Shown here piece after piece: positions 38,590 to 50,678 of a stretch of 64,000 bases of DNA (position 1 is the first letter of the stretch; each line of letters opens with the position of its first letter). The notes beneath the pieces are model-generated. The model saw only the letters and a list, made by a program, of their open reading frames with translations, ran no database searches and had not been told where the DNA came from. The DNA comes from Eledone cirrhosa. Its lineage: Eukaryota. Made by a program: the position numbers and the translations under genes. The DNA is taken from assembly GCA_964016885.1 (NCBI GenBank), contig OZ024740.1:160828001-160892000 (forward strand), given 5' to 3'.

Positions 38590-41500
38590 TTACAGATATA
38601 TACTCAGAGTAGGCCCATTCACTCGGGCCATTCTTGCTTCTCTCACCCATCTTTCAACAAAATGCTGGGAAGAGAGCACTTCCCTCTCTACTCTAATTTT
38701 CCTTTTCAAATGAAATTTGAAAAAGTCAATCAGAGCATCACCGAAGAGGTAAGTGCTCGTCTTCAGCCCTTTCAAACGTGTCCACCATACTATCTCTTTC
38801 GCCATGGCCACCAGACAGATAAAAACTGCCTGCCCTTCCCGGCTAAAGGAGGAGGGCGGGGCAATCCTCACGATGGACTCAGATGATAGCCGGATCCGTC
38901 CTAAACGCGACAGCAGGTGTTCGACATAAACCCACAAGTCAGCAATTTTCGGACACTGGACGAGTGCGTGCAGGACGGTTTCGTCGCCCTGCGCGCATCT
39001 CGGACATGCCCGGCTGACGGCACCTCCATGCCTGTAGAGTTTATCCCGAACTGGCAAGGCTCCTCGGTAGCACTGCCAGGCCAGAGATTTCTGGAAGTTG
39101 TCCATAGGCCCTGGCCCGAAAGTTCTTCCGAAGAGATTGGCTAGTTGATTTTCGTCGACGCCTAGAGTTTCCCCAAGTACGTCGTCGCTCTTCCCCTCCA
39201 CTAATCCTCTATAGAACGCCGAGGTGGAGTTTCCACCGATCACATTGCTCGATTGGTCGAGGGCTGTGAGCGCCTGAAGACATTCCAGTCTCCAGGCGCT
39301 CCCTCTCGGTCTTCGCTTGACCCAGGACTGCAGCTCCGTCAAGGAAACGAGCTGGGGAAAAACGCGTCTAGCAAACGGCGACCACACCTGATCACCGTCG
39401 AGGAAGAGGTGGAGATGTCGTAGCCTGAGCGCGTGCCTGAGCATCATCAGCCACGGCATGCCCAGCCCTCCACGTAGCGGGTGTTGACAACAGATGGACC
39501 GCCTGACCATCGGAGCACGTCCCTTCCACAAAAAGCGAAAGAGCAAACGCTCCAGCGCAGTCAGGCGAGGCTTAGGACAAGGTACGACGGTCAGGCGGTA
39601 GCAGATGACAGACGCGATGTACGCGTTAGCCACCTCCGCTCGACCTTTCAGGGATAGCTTCCTCTCCGCCCATTTCTGGGTGAGAGAAGCCACCCTGCTC
39701 GTCACCTCGTCCCAGTTTTTGTCCGTCTGGAGGTCCGGACCGAACCAGACCCCTAGCAATTTAACCGGTCCGTCCGTCCAGCGTCCGACGACGCTGTTGG
39801 ACGGCATGGACCTGCCTCTCCAGGTGCCGAGCTGCAGGCCCACTGACTTTTCCTGGTTGATCATTGCTCTCCTGTCACCGCTTCGTATTCTCTTAGTGTA
39901 GTGCCGATCGCCTCGATGTGTTTGGCGTTCGACACCACTACGGTGACATCGTCCGCATATGCTGACACGGATCTTCCGCATCCTAGTTCGCGCGGGACTC
40001 CCCTCAACGTCTCCAGTTTGTGCAGTAATGGCTCGAGAGTCAATACGTACAAGAGGGACGAGAGGGGACATCCTTGGCGGACCGAGCGCATGATGTTGAA
40101 CGGTTCCGACAGGTGACCGTTCACTCTCACCACAGAGCAGATGTCGCTGTGCATGGCAGCGATCCAGCCTCTGAAGACGGGCCCAAAGCCAGCCGCCCTC
40201 AGGACTGCCGCTAGGTAACGATGGTCGACCCTATCGAAAGCTTTCGACTGATCTAAATTGATCAAGGACCCACCCGTGCCAGGTTCCCTAGCTACCCTCT
40301 CTACGATGTATCGCATGAGGTGGAGGTTGTCGTGGATGGATCTGTCGGGAATGGCGCATGTCTGCGCCTCTCCCACCAGACCACCAACGACAAGCGCCAA
40401 CCTCTTTGCTAGCACCTTGGCCAAAATCTTAAACTCTGTGTTTAGCAGAGTTATGGGCCGGAAATTTTCTATGTTATCCCCCTTGTTCGGATCCTTTCTC
40501 AGCAGTGCCACCGCTCCTCGGCTCACAGAACTGGGAATTCTCCCGTTCTGTTGCCAGTTGCAGTAGACGTCCGCCAAGAGGCCTCCGAACAAGTCTGGCA
40601 TCTGTACGTAAAGTTCATAGGGCAGACCATCCAAACCAGGCGATTTACCCCTTGTGCAGCCAGTCATTGCCTCTCTTACTTCAGCGGCTGTTATCGGCTT
40701 TTCGCAACACTCCGCCTCAGTGGCCGAGAGCCGCGGCAGACCGTCGAGGTAGCCACTAAAGTCCATCCCTCGATCTGGCCCGCCGCTGACCCCGAACAGC
40801 TGTGCGAAGTGTCGCTGAAAAGCTTCACACATTTACCCGGGATCGAGTAGCATGCGCCCGTCGTTGTCCACCAAAGATCGGATCGTGGCTTTGTTGCCAC
40901 GACGCGCCTCCGCCACTCGGGCCCATTGAACAGCTTTCGTCCCCTCGTGTCTGAGAGCACGCACCCTAGCTCTGACAACGCAGCCTTCGTGCTTTGCATT
41001 GAAGAATTGGTCAAGGGCCAATTTCACCGCAAGTACGTCGGTCGCGATGCCTTTGCTAAGCGCCTCGTCTAATTCTCGTCTAATTCTCGTCTAATTCTCC
41101 CTCTGCTCTATTTTTCTCTATTGCTAAAGCCTTACTAAACCTAATGGACTCTATTCTAATTGCTCTTTTCAGAGCAAACCACCACTTGTTGTTGACGATG
41201 GCCCCCGTCAACGCCCGCTTAACTAGTTCGCTAATCCGGTCTCTGTAGGCCTTGCACGCTGGTAAGGACGCGTTTAGCTTTTGTGGTCCGTGTAGCTGAC
41301 TATCTTGAATTGTGGACAGCCTATGCTAGACCTATCTATTTCCCTACAAAATACTCTATCTAGATATGATGTGGATGAAACTATGCGATTTGTCCAAGTC
41401 CTCATTGGCACATTCGGGAAATCCAATCGGTACCTGTCAGACAGTTCAAAACGCCTGAGCAGGTTGGTGAGGGTCTTGCACCCGCCTCCCCTATCTGCAT

Positions 41501-41939
41501 CTAAGATCCCGTTCCAGTCGCCCACTAACACTAAAGAGCGGGACGTTCCAAGAAAGGTCTCCAGACGTCGGAAGAAATCAGGCCGCCCTGCTCCTGTCGG
41601 GGCATAGACGGCCACTAGCCTGAAAGCTTGCCCGTCTCCGCTGGTCACGTCTAGCACCACCAACTTACCTTCTGGGTCCAGGAATATGGCCCGTATGGCG
41701 AGATCCAAACCTCTCCGAAAAAGCACAGCAACTCCTCCACCCGATCCAGGACGGCTGGGAGATGCGTACACATCGTAGACGCCGAAGATCGGTGCGAAGG
41801 CCCGTGCTTCGGAGATTCTGGTCTCGCTGATGGCCAATACATCTATGTTTAGTGACCTGAAGTTGTTGAGCAGGTGGCACTGCTTCCATGACGACCTCAA
41901 GCCACGCGCATTTATGCCGCCTATTCTGAGTGAGGTCAT
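38590..41939 (-). pseudogene. Tx1 ORF2 (APE endonuclease, reverse transcriptase, C-terminal zinc finger), broken
   Basis: INARGL, ISET, VYAP, GDWN, YLDR, TDHK (APE); KSPGLDGL, FRPITLLN, DQSKAFDRVDH, VRQGCPLS, AYADD (RT); CPRC...ETVLHALVQC. In-frame stop at 40833-40835, frameshifts near 41276 and 39890. Confidence 0.95.
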
Positions 41940-41973
41940 GTTGAAATGGAGTGGAAAAGATGGGAAAGACCAC

Positions 41974-43787
41974 TTACCTTACTTCTCGTTGAGGAAGGAT
42001 GGTTTCTCCATCCTTTTCACGGCTTGTGGCCTCCTCAGGAAGGATGTCCTTATAAATCCTCCTGGAGAGTGCTTGTCGGAAGTCTCCGATGTCTTTGGGG
42101 AATTTTTGTTTTAGTGTCATGTACGTTTTCTGTGTGATGCGAGTGATTTGTATGTGTGGAGGTGGTGTGAACTTTTGGGTTGTTGTGTAGTCTTTTTCTG
42201 TGATGCTGGTGTTGTGTTGGATGTAGTGTAATAATTGGTTGTTGTTCAAATTTAATGCTGTGTAGTATGTATCGTTTTGGTTGTTTTGTTTTGTTTGCGT
42301 TTGTTGTGGGTTTGTTTCTGTTTCGCTTTTTGGTGACTTTTGTGGTGTTGGTGATGGTGGTGTTGGGGTTAATGATGGTGATGGTGTTGGTGTTTGTGGT
42401 GATGGGGTTGGTGATGCTGGTGTGGATGGTGGCATATCTGTCCTAACTTTTTTGTTTGATAGTTTATTTGTTTCCCTCTGTATTTTGTTTTTGGAGGGGG
42501 AAGGAAGAGAATTTTTTCTTTTTTGGTTTCTTTTTGTTTCTTTTTTCCTGATACCGTTTCCTACTCCTCGTCGTCACAATCTGTCTCCAGTTGTGATAGG
42601 CCGGGGAGTGGAAAATCCTCCACAGGCGTTGGTTTTGGTTGTGGCGTGGTGGATGGTGTAGGCGCTGGTGCTAGTTCTGGCGCGTTGGGTGGTGGTGGTG
42701 TTGGTTTTGCTACTGTTGCTTGGGTTGTTGCTGTTACAGTTGCTTCTGTTGTTGCTGCCATTTCTGCTGCTGGTGGTGTTGATGGTTGAGTCACTGGGGT
42801 GGGTAAGAGAGGTGGCCTCAACCTTTTAGCCTGAGGGCAAAAAGCCCTTAGGTGGGTTCCTTCACCACAAACGACACACCTAGGCCTTCTGCCTTCGACG
42901 ATTACGGTGAGGTGGCTGCCGTCAGTGAGGTTTATTACCTCTGGGATCTCCTCAATGCTTTTTTGGTCCGCTAGGATCAGGAGCTCCATCCCTGATCCGG
43001 ACCAGTTCTCCTGCTTTTCTTTCGCTATTTCGATTATCTTTACGAGTCTCTGGCCACAATAGCTTGGGACGAGTGTGAAGTGTGGAGTGTTCTCTAGCCT
43101 CCTGTGGTGTTTCAAATAACACATCCACGGTTCCATATTTTTGCCCACGTCTGATTTGGGTTTTTTTTGCCCACACATGTCCCAAAGCTTTTTGGATTTG
43201 GGACTCGGATGCCCGTTCCACTCGGCGCGATTTTATATTAATTGTTCGATAAGATACGGTGCATAGGCGCCGATGCTCCATTTTATTAGGTGTGTGGGGG
43301 GGGGGCTGACCCTGTACCCATCTTTCTTTACCATTTTGTTGGCTTCTTCTAATTCCTCCTGAGTTACCTGAAATGCTTCGCACCGTTTTGCTACTCCGGC
43401 AAAACTCAGGGTGGTTTTGTTAATGTCATTGTTGCTGTTGTTGTTATCGTTATTTTTGTTATTATTAATTTTCGTTTCAGTTGTGGTGGTGGCGTCAGTG
43501 GTATTCGGTGTGGAAGAGTTCATTTTGGTTGAATTCGTTTCGATATCACGAGTTAATTTATTTTTTTCTTTTGTTTCTGTTGTCGCAGTGGTAGTAGGGG
43601 TGGTGGTGGTGGCGGCTTTAACACCTGCAGTCATTGGTAATGGCGGGAAATGAATGTCTGACTGAGACAAATTTAAAATATTGCTACTGCTTATATTTTT
43701 AGTGTTGGCAAACGTAGTAATATTTACAATGGTGGTGTCGGTGTGAGGTGTTAGTTTGTGAGGAAGGAGTGAATCTGAGTCTTCCAT
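41974..43787 (-). pseudogene. Tx1 ORF1 (gag-like, CCHC knuckle, Thr/Pro-rich low-complexity tracts), frameshifted
   Basis: Overlapping ORFs 43233-43787, 42952-43383, 42561-43178 and 41974-42435. Motif VIVEGRRPRCVVCGEGTHLRAFC. Confidence 0.8.
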
Positions 43788-44021
43788 GATTTTTCAAAGA
43801 AATTTGTTTTGTTTGATAATTATAAAAAGTTTAAAATTTGGGCTCAAGGCCCCAATATGTTTGAGTGTCCTTTTCAGAAATCAATGTATGTGCACTTATA
43901 TGCAGTTAACAATAAAAAATTTCCATAAATCGCAATTTTAAACAACTGAAAATAACGAACCTTTGCGGAGCTCACGATGATACGATTTACTACGTAGGTC
44001 GCCAATAATAATAATAATAAT

Positions 44022-44800
44022 AAAGGAAAAGACAATAGACCAGGGGATGTCTAAGGAGGAAATAACAACAAGGAAGAAGAGCAACCTTCATGAAAAATCC
44101 CTTCATAGTACCTTCTTTAAGAAAATGGAATTTAGAGATCCACAGACATGGAATTGGTTAAAACGAGGAGACTGTGGCTCACATTGTATCCGAGTGTAAA
44201 CACCTATCCCAGACTCACTAAAAGGCTGGGGACATGATGTGATGGGCAGGGTGATCCTCTGGCATCTACGCAAAGTAAACAATTTACCTCATTCTGAAAA
44301 GTGGTATGAGCATAAGCCAGAGTCGGTGATAGAAAACGATCAGGTGAAGGTGCTATGGGATTTTAGGATACAGACGGACAAGAAATTAGAACACAATGGG
44401 CCTGGCCTGGTGGTTTTGGACAAGGAAAACAGATTGTAGATGTAGCCTGGCCATTTCACACAAGAGTGCAAGAAAAGGGGAGGGAGAAAATTAACCCATA
44501 CCAGGATTTAAAGTAGGAGTTAAAAAGGATTTGGAACTGCCATGAAATCAATGTCGTCCCGATTGTCATAGGTGCACTAGGTACTATCTCAAAGAGTTTC
44601 CAAGGATGGTTAAAGAAGATTAGTCCAGTCCCGCTTTTTGGAACACTTCAAAAGGCATGCTTGCTGGGAACAGCAAGAACCCTCCGATATGTCCTGAATA
44701 TCTGAGGCTGCAGGTAGCGGCTTGATACTCATTTCAACAAACTTTCCAGTTAAATAACATCAATGACTGAGACTCAAAAAACAATAATAATAATAACAAT
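44022..44800 (+). pseudogene. Second R4/Dong-type LINE 3' fragment, internally deleted
   Basis: Direct diverged copy of ~37412-38320, preceded by (AAT)n and followed by an aataataat tail. Confidence 0.93.
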
Positions 44801-45689
44801 TTAAGGGTTTACACAAAATTGAAGCTGGTACAAAATGGTAGAGGATGGATTTATAGGAAAATGAGTAAGAATGAGAAATAACAAAACTAAAAGTGGTAAC
44901 AATAAAATTTTAAAAACTCATAGAAAAACCCTCAGAAAGCCATGGCCACACTGACTAGTAAGTCAAGTTCCTTCTCTCTATTAATAACGGTAAAGTAAAA
45001 ATGAAAAAAAAAATGAAATAAAATATACAACTAAAATACAGAAAAAATTAAAAAAACATATGAATAAATAAATAAAATGTATAAAAAACACATGAAAATA
45101 TTTGGCCTGTATTAAAACAACATCGCTTTCGTCCACGAGATGCAATAAAAATGCTTTACTACATACAACCGTCTGCAATGTGCTAGGAATAAGTGTGTAT
45201 TGATCTAATGTATAATTTTATTGATCACAGGAAAATACGATTGATTGACAAGACAGTAAGCCATTTTCTATTAAAACACTGACAATACAAGTGTTTGTAA
45301 CAGACTGAAAAAAAAATATCTAAAAAGTGTAGATATGATGATGATAGCAGTGCTGTTGAAAGGTGGTAAATTTATATAATACACACAGACAAACACACAT
45401 ACACCATGTAGAGATGTAGAGATATCCAAGTATGTAAAACATTGGGATAATACGTAAACATATAAATATGTGCATATGTGTATGTATGTGTCAATATATA
45501 TCATCATCATCGTTTAACGTGCATCTTCCACGCTGGCATGGGTTAGACATATATATATGTATATATGTATGGATATGGAGGATGTGGAAGCTAAAGAACT
45601 TTTTGGTTAAATATAGGTTTAGAAAGGCCCTACAGGATGCACTTGATGAGCGGTATCACGTGCTATATACATATAACAGAGAGGACATC

Positions 45690-47097
45690 TGAAAATTCTT
45701 ACATGACAACCTTTTGCGAACTACTGGCGAGACTTGTGGCTGAAATAAAACGCCAGTCAGACAGAGGGTGACATGGTGGTAGAACAGCACAGTAGAGGCA
45801 ACCATTAAGGCCAAGGGACAGGCATGGAAAGACTGGGAAAATGGAGATAGCAGTGACCAGTACCAAGTAGCTCAGAAAAAAGCTAAGCGGCAGGTATGTC
45901 AGCTCAGAGAGAGGCTGTAGAAACTAAATTTGCTGCCAATGTCTTGAGATGTGAGGATCAGAGACGTGAAGTGTTCAATATTGCAAGTGTGAATGTGAAT
46001 TGAGATGTTGTTGGGGAAAAATGTGTTAGAAATGACGCTGGACACTTAGCACTACTGATGCCCCCCCCCCCCCCCCCCCAGAGGCCTGGAAATGTTATGA
46101 AAGATTGATGAATCTATAAACTGAATAGGGAGAAGAGAAACTACCTCCAATTTACCCAAAAGAAAGGGCCAGCTATTGAAGTTGATAGTTTTAGGGTCAA
46201 AGGCACAATCAAGGAGATGAAAAATGGTAAAGCTGAGAGACCATCAGAGATAATTGCTGGGATGCTACAAGCATCAGGAGAGACATGAGCCAAGCTAGTA
46301 ACTCGTATAGTAAATCAAGTAATACATGATGGAGTCATGCCCAATGACTGGTGCAGCAGTACAATCATAAATTGTTACAAGGGCAAAGGTGATGCTCTGG
46401 AAAGGAGCAACTATAGAAGAATAAAACTAATGGACCAAGTTATGAAAGTGACCAAAAGCGTTATAGGACAGCTAATTAGGGAAAGAGACAAAATAGATGA
46501 GATTTTGTTTGGTTTCATGCCTGGGAAAAGTACTACAGATGCCTTCTTTTTAGTGAGGCAACTAAAAGAGAAGTTTCTAGCCAAAAATAAACCACTATAT
46601 TTAGCTTTTGTTGATCTAGAGAAGGCCTTTTACAGAGTACCTCAATCTATTATCTGGAGGTCCTTAAGGAAATTAGGTATAGAAGAATGGCTTGTGAGAG
46701 CAGTGCAAGCTATGGACTGAGGAGCTGTCAGTAAAGTGACAGTAGCAAATGAGTTTAGCGACAGATTAAGGTACAGGTAGAAGTCCATCAAGGTTCAGTT
46801 CTTAACTCACAGCTGTTCATTATAGTTCTTCAGGGCGGTGGATTGGCAATATCGGTAGAGGGTCGGACGCCATGCTTTGCAGCATAGTTACGTCCCTTTA
46901 CGGACTGAGTTCAAATCCCGCCGAGGTTAACTTTGCCTTTCATCCTTACGGGGTCGATAAAATAAAGTACCAGTAATGCACTGGGTAATTGCTGGCCTTG
47001 TGCCTAAAGTAGAAACAATTATAGTTCTTCAGGCCGTAACAAATGAATTTAAAATGGGCTGTCCATGCGAATTTCTCTATGCAGATGATTTGTGTGT
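45690..47097 (+). pseudogene. RTE LINE fragment (pre-RT and RT motifs 0-5)
   Basis: MPNDWCSSTIINCYKGKGDALERSNYR.IKL, FGFMPGKSTTDA, AFVDLEKAF, VHQGSVL, LYADD. Confidence 0.92.
46835..47017 (+). mobile_element. SINE family A, full length, 16-bp TSD, inserted in RTE RT
   Basis: TSD attatagttcttcagg at 46819-46834 and 47018-47033. Removing the insert restores FIIVLQAVT.EFK.GCP. Confidence 0.95.
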
Positions 47098-47119
47098 AAG
47101 TATGTGGGCATTTATGTAA

Positions 47120-47164
<45 letters not shown>

Positions 47165-47446
47165 CACACACATTGTGTGAATCTCTGCGTGTGTGCACCA
47201 GAAATGTGACATGACAATAAACTCTATCCCACCCTGTAAAAAAGCGTTCAACCTACACTATAAATATGGTTTGTGTTAGTGAAGGGCATCCAGTTGTAGA
47301 AACCAATCCAGAAGCAGTTCTGTCTGAGAAAGACAGTTATTTGATTTGACTTGTCTCACAATGAGACAACCCATCTAACCTATGCTAGCATTGAAAAATG
47401 AATGTTAAACAGTGATGATGACGTTGATATATTATACGAATATGTG

Positions 47447-49572
47447 TATCATCGTCATCATCATCTAATGTCTATCTTCCACGCTAACATAGGTTGGACG
47501 GGAATTGTCCCATTTGAGGCAAGATTGGTTGGGTGACCATGTCTCGCTCGCATAGGACTATCTGGCAGGTTTTCTACAGCTGGATACCCTTCCTAACACA
47601 AACCACATTTACAGTGTGTTACCTACACGACCACATTACAGCGCGGACTGTATTTTTTTTGTTTTGTCGTGACACCTATACAAGCTCATTAGTTTGGACT
47701 GGATGTTGTAGTACCAACATAAATTTATAGAGAAAGGGTGGTGTTGGCAGGAGTGGAAGGATGGAGTAGGAGTAGTGGGTTGGGGTGTATGTTTGGTTTG
47801 GAGGGGCCTACTGACAGTAGGTTAACACTGCACGTAGGGAAGGCGGGTCTTCTGTATTACTGCGTAGTGCCAAAGATCTCAATCCAGAGATATTGTTTTA
47901 GAGAGGTGCAAGGTCGGAATTTATCAAGTCGTCCCAGGTTTTTCTAGGTCTACCTACTCTGTAACTTCCATCAATTTTGATCATCCTGCAATTTGTTATA
48001 CAACTGTTGTCTTTCATGCGCATACCAACGTAATCTTCTCTCAAGTAAACGGCATCTGATCCCTCTTATTCCTAATTTCTAACTTAGTTCATTTATGTTT
48101 AGCCGTTCATCTATATGACTATTACACATCCAATGGCACATGCATGCTTCGTTCCTTTCCAGTTTGTGCAGGTCCTCTGTACACAATGCCCATGTCTCAC
48201 TGCCATGTAACATTGTTGTTCGTATACAAACATAATACAATCTGCCTTTCATTTTTAGAGAGAAACCGTTTGTGGCCAGGAGCGGTATAATCTCTCTGCT
48301 GATTTTGTCACCCAGGTAACGGAAAGTTTCCACTATATCTATAGAACCATCTGGGCAATGGAAGGAGCTAGTATCTTGTGGACACCTGCTACTTATTGCA
48401 CCTGAGCATCGGCCACCTATAAAATCTATGTTCTGAGATAGCTTGCCTGTGATCCCACTACATCTTTTATGTACCCATACTTTGCATTTGGGACATAAAA
48501 TGGAATTTTTACCTACTCCTTTCCTACACAGTGAGCATGGCCATTTCCCAGAGGGAACCTGTGCCCTATTTTCCTTTCTACATACGAGAACTTTAGTCTT
48601 AGACAAGTTAACTTTAAGGCCTTTTGATTCAAGGCCATGCTTCATGTTTGGAATTTCTTCTATAGTTCAGCCATAGATTCAGCTATGAGAATTAGATCAT
48701 CTGCATATAGAAGTTCCCATGGGCAACCGGTCTTAAACTCCTCTGTTATAGCCTGAAGGGCAATACTAAACAGGAGGGGGCTAAGGACAGAGCTTTGATG
48801 AACACCAACTTTTATGCTAAATTCTTCACTTTATTCATTGTTAATTCTAACCTTGCTGACTGTTTCTTTATACATGGCTTGTATAGCTCTCACAAGCCAT
48901 TCATCTACACCTAGTTTTCTAAGGGCCCAACAGATAATGGAGAGTGGGACTCTGTCAAAGGCTTTCTCCAAGTCAACAAAAGCTAAGTAGAGGGGTTTAC
49001 TTTTAGCTATGTACTTCTCCTGTAGTACTTTTACCTGACACAAACCCAAACTGCATTTCATCTAGATCAATAGATCAATTCGATCTCTGATCAGTTGTGC
49101 TATAACACCTTCTGTGACCTTCATGACGTGGTCAACTACTTAATGCCTCTATAGTTTCCCCTATCTAGAGCATCTCCTTTACCCTTGTAGCAGTTAACGA
49201 TGCTGGTGCTATGCCAGTCATTTGGTATGACCCCATTCTGTATTACTTGGTTTACTATCCGGATGACCATAGTATGACCCACCATTCCAGATGCCTTCAA
49301 CTTCTCAGCAACTATCTCCAAATGCCCAGCTGCCTTACCTGTTTTCATATCTTTGATTGCCTTACTTATTATACTACCATTAACTTGCACCGTTGGTCCC
49401 TCTATTGGATCGATGTGGGGTAGATTATCTTTTTCCCATTTATTCTCATTTAGTAGTCTCTCCTAGTGACACTTCCAAGCTACCTTCTTATCAGCGTCAG
49501 TGAGTGCAAGTACACCATCATCATTACGGATACACTTCTCCCCGACAATATCACGGTTTTCCTTGACACATT
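47447..49572 (-). pseudogene. RTE LINE fragment (RT, PHD-like insert, 3' UTR, tail)
   Basis: ORFs 49136-49390, 48831-49061 and 48079-48645, contiguous with the long 3' UTR and reversed (gat)n tail. Confidence 0.93.
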
Positions 49573-50364
49573 GAGCAGAATTATTTTTAGAACAACGGTG
49601 AGACAGAACAGAATTATAGAAAGCCAATTTTGAATACGATTTTTGATTCTGGGGATTGTAAGATATATAGATGAATGAACCGAATGTGGAGAGTTGAGAA
49701 GAAATGAATATGTACGTTACATTTCGTAGAAGAAAACTGAACAAGCGACCATCAATAATAGGAGACAAATTCTGGGTTTAGTCCCCTGTAGCAAGACTTA
49801 TTTATATTTGGTTGGCAAGGAGTGAGGGGGAGTGTGAGAGCAGCGTATATGATAGTGAGAGTGAGGGGGTGAGAGGCGATTTCAGCAGGCCGAGAGAGAG
49901 AGAGAGAGAGGGTAATCCCTAATTTAACCTGGCATAATTTTTTTCGGCCAAAATGGTTGCGGGAATATTATTTAGAATTGTAGAAAGACAAACAATTATG
50001 AACATGATTTTTTGATTCTGGGGGATTGTAAGATATATAGATGCGAGGAGCAGAATTATTTTTAGAACAACGGTGAGACAGAACAGAATTATAGAAAGCC
50101 AATTTTGAATACGATTTTTGATTCTGGGGGATTGTAAGATATATAGATGAATGATCGAATGTGGAGAGTTGAGAAGAAATGAATATGTACGTTACATTTC
50201 GTAGAAGAAAACTGAACAAGCGACCATCAATAATAGGAGACAAATTCTGGGTTTAGTCCCCTGTAGCAAGACTTATTTATATTTGGTTGGAAAGGAGTGA
50301 GGGGGAGTGTGAGAGCAGCGTATATGATAGTGAGAGTGAGGGGGTGAGAGGCGATTTCAGCAGG

Positions 50365-50419
<55 letters not shown>

Positions 50420-50678
50420 ATCCCTAATTTAACCTGGAATAATTTTTTTCGGCCAAAATGGTTGCGAGAATATTATTTAGAATTGTAGAAAGACAAACAA
50501 TTATGAACATGATTTTTTTATTCTGGGGGATTGTAAGATATATAGATGCGAGGAGCAGAATTATTTTTAGAACAACGGTGAGACAGAACAGAATTATAGA
50601 AAGCCAATTTTGAATACGATTTTTCATTCTGGGGGATTGTAAGATATATAGATGAATGAACCGAATGTGGAGAGTTGA
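49573..50678. repeat. Tandem repeat, ~475-505-bp unit, ~2.3 near-identical copies
   Basis: Units start at 49573, 50048 and 50553 and differ mainly in (GA)n length. Confidence 0.95.

Larger units (their letters stand above)
38330..44003 (-). mobile_element. Near full-length Tx1-clade (L1 group) LINE, ~5.7 kb, inactivated
   Basis: 5' UTR, ORF1 with zinc knuckle, ORF2 with APE, RT and Cys-rich domain, 3' UTR ending aataaagaaatc(att)n. AAT tracts on both flanks. Confidence 0.93.
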
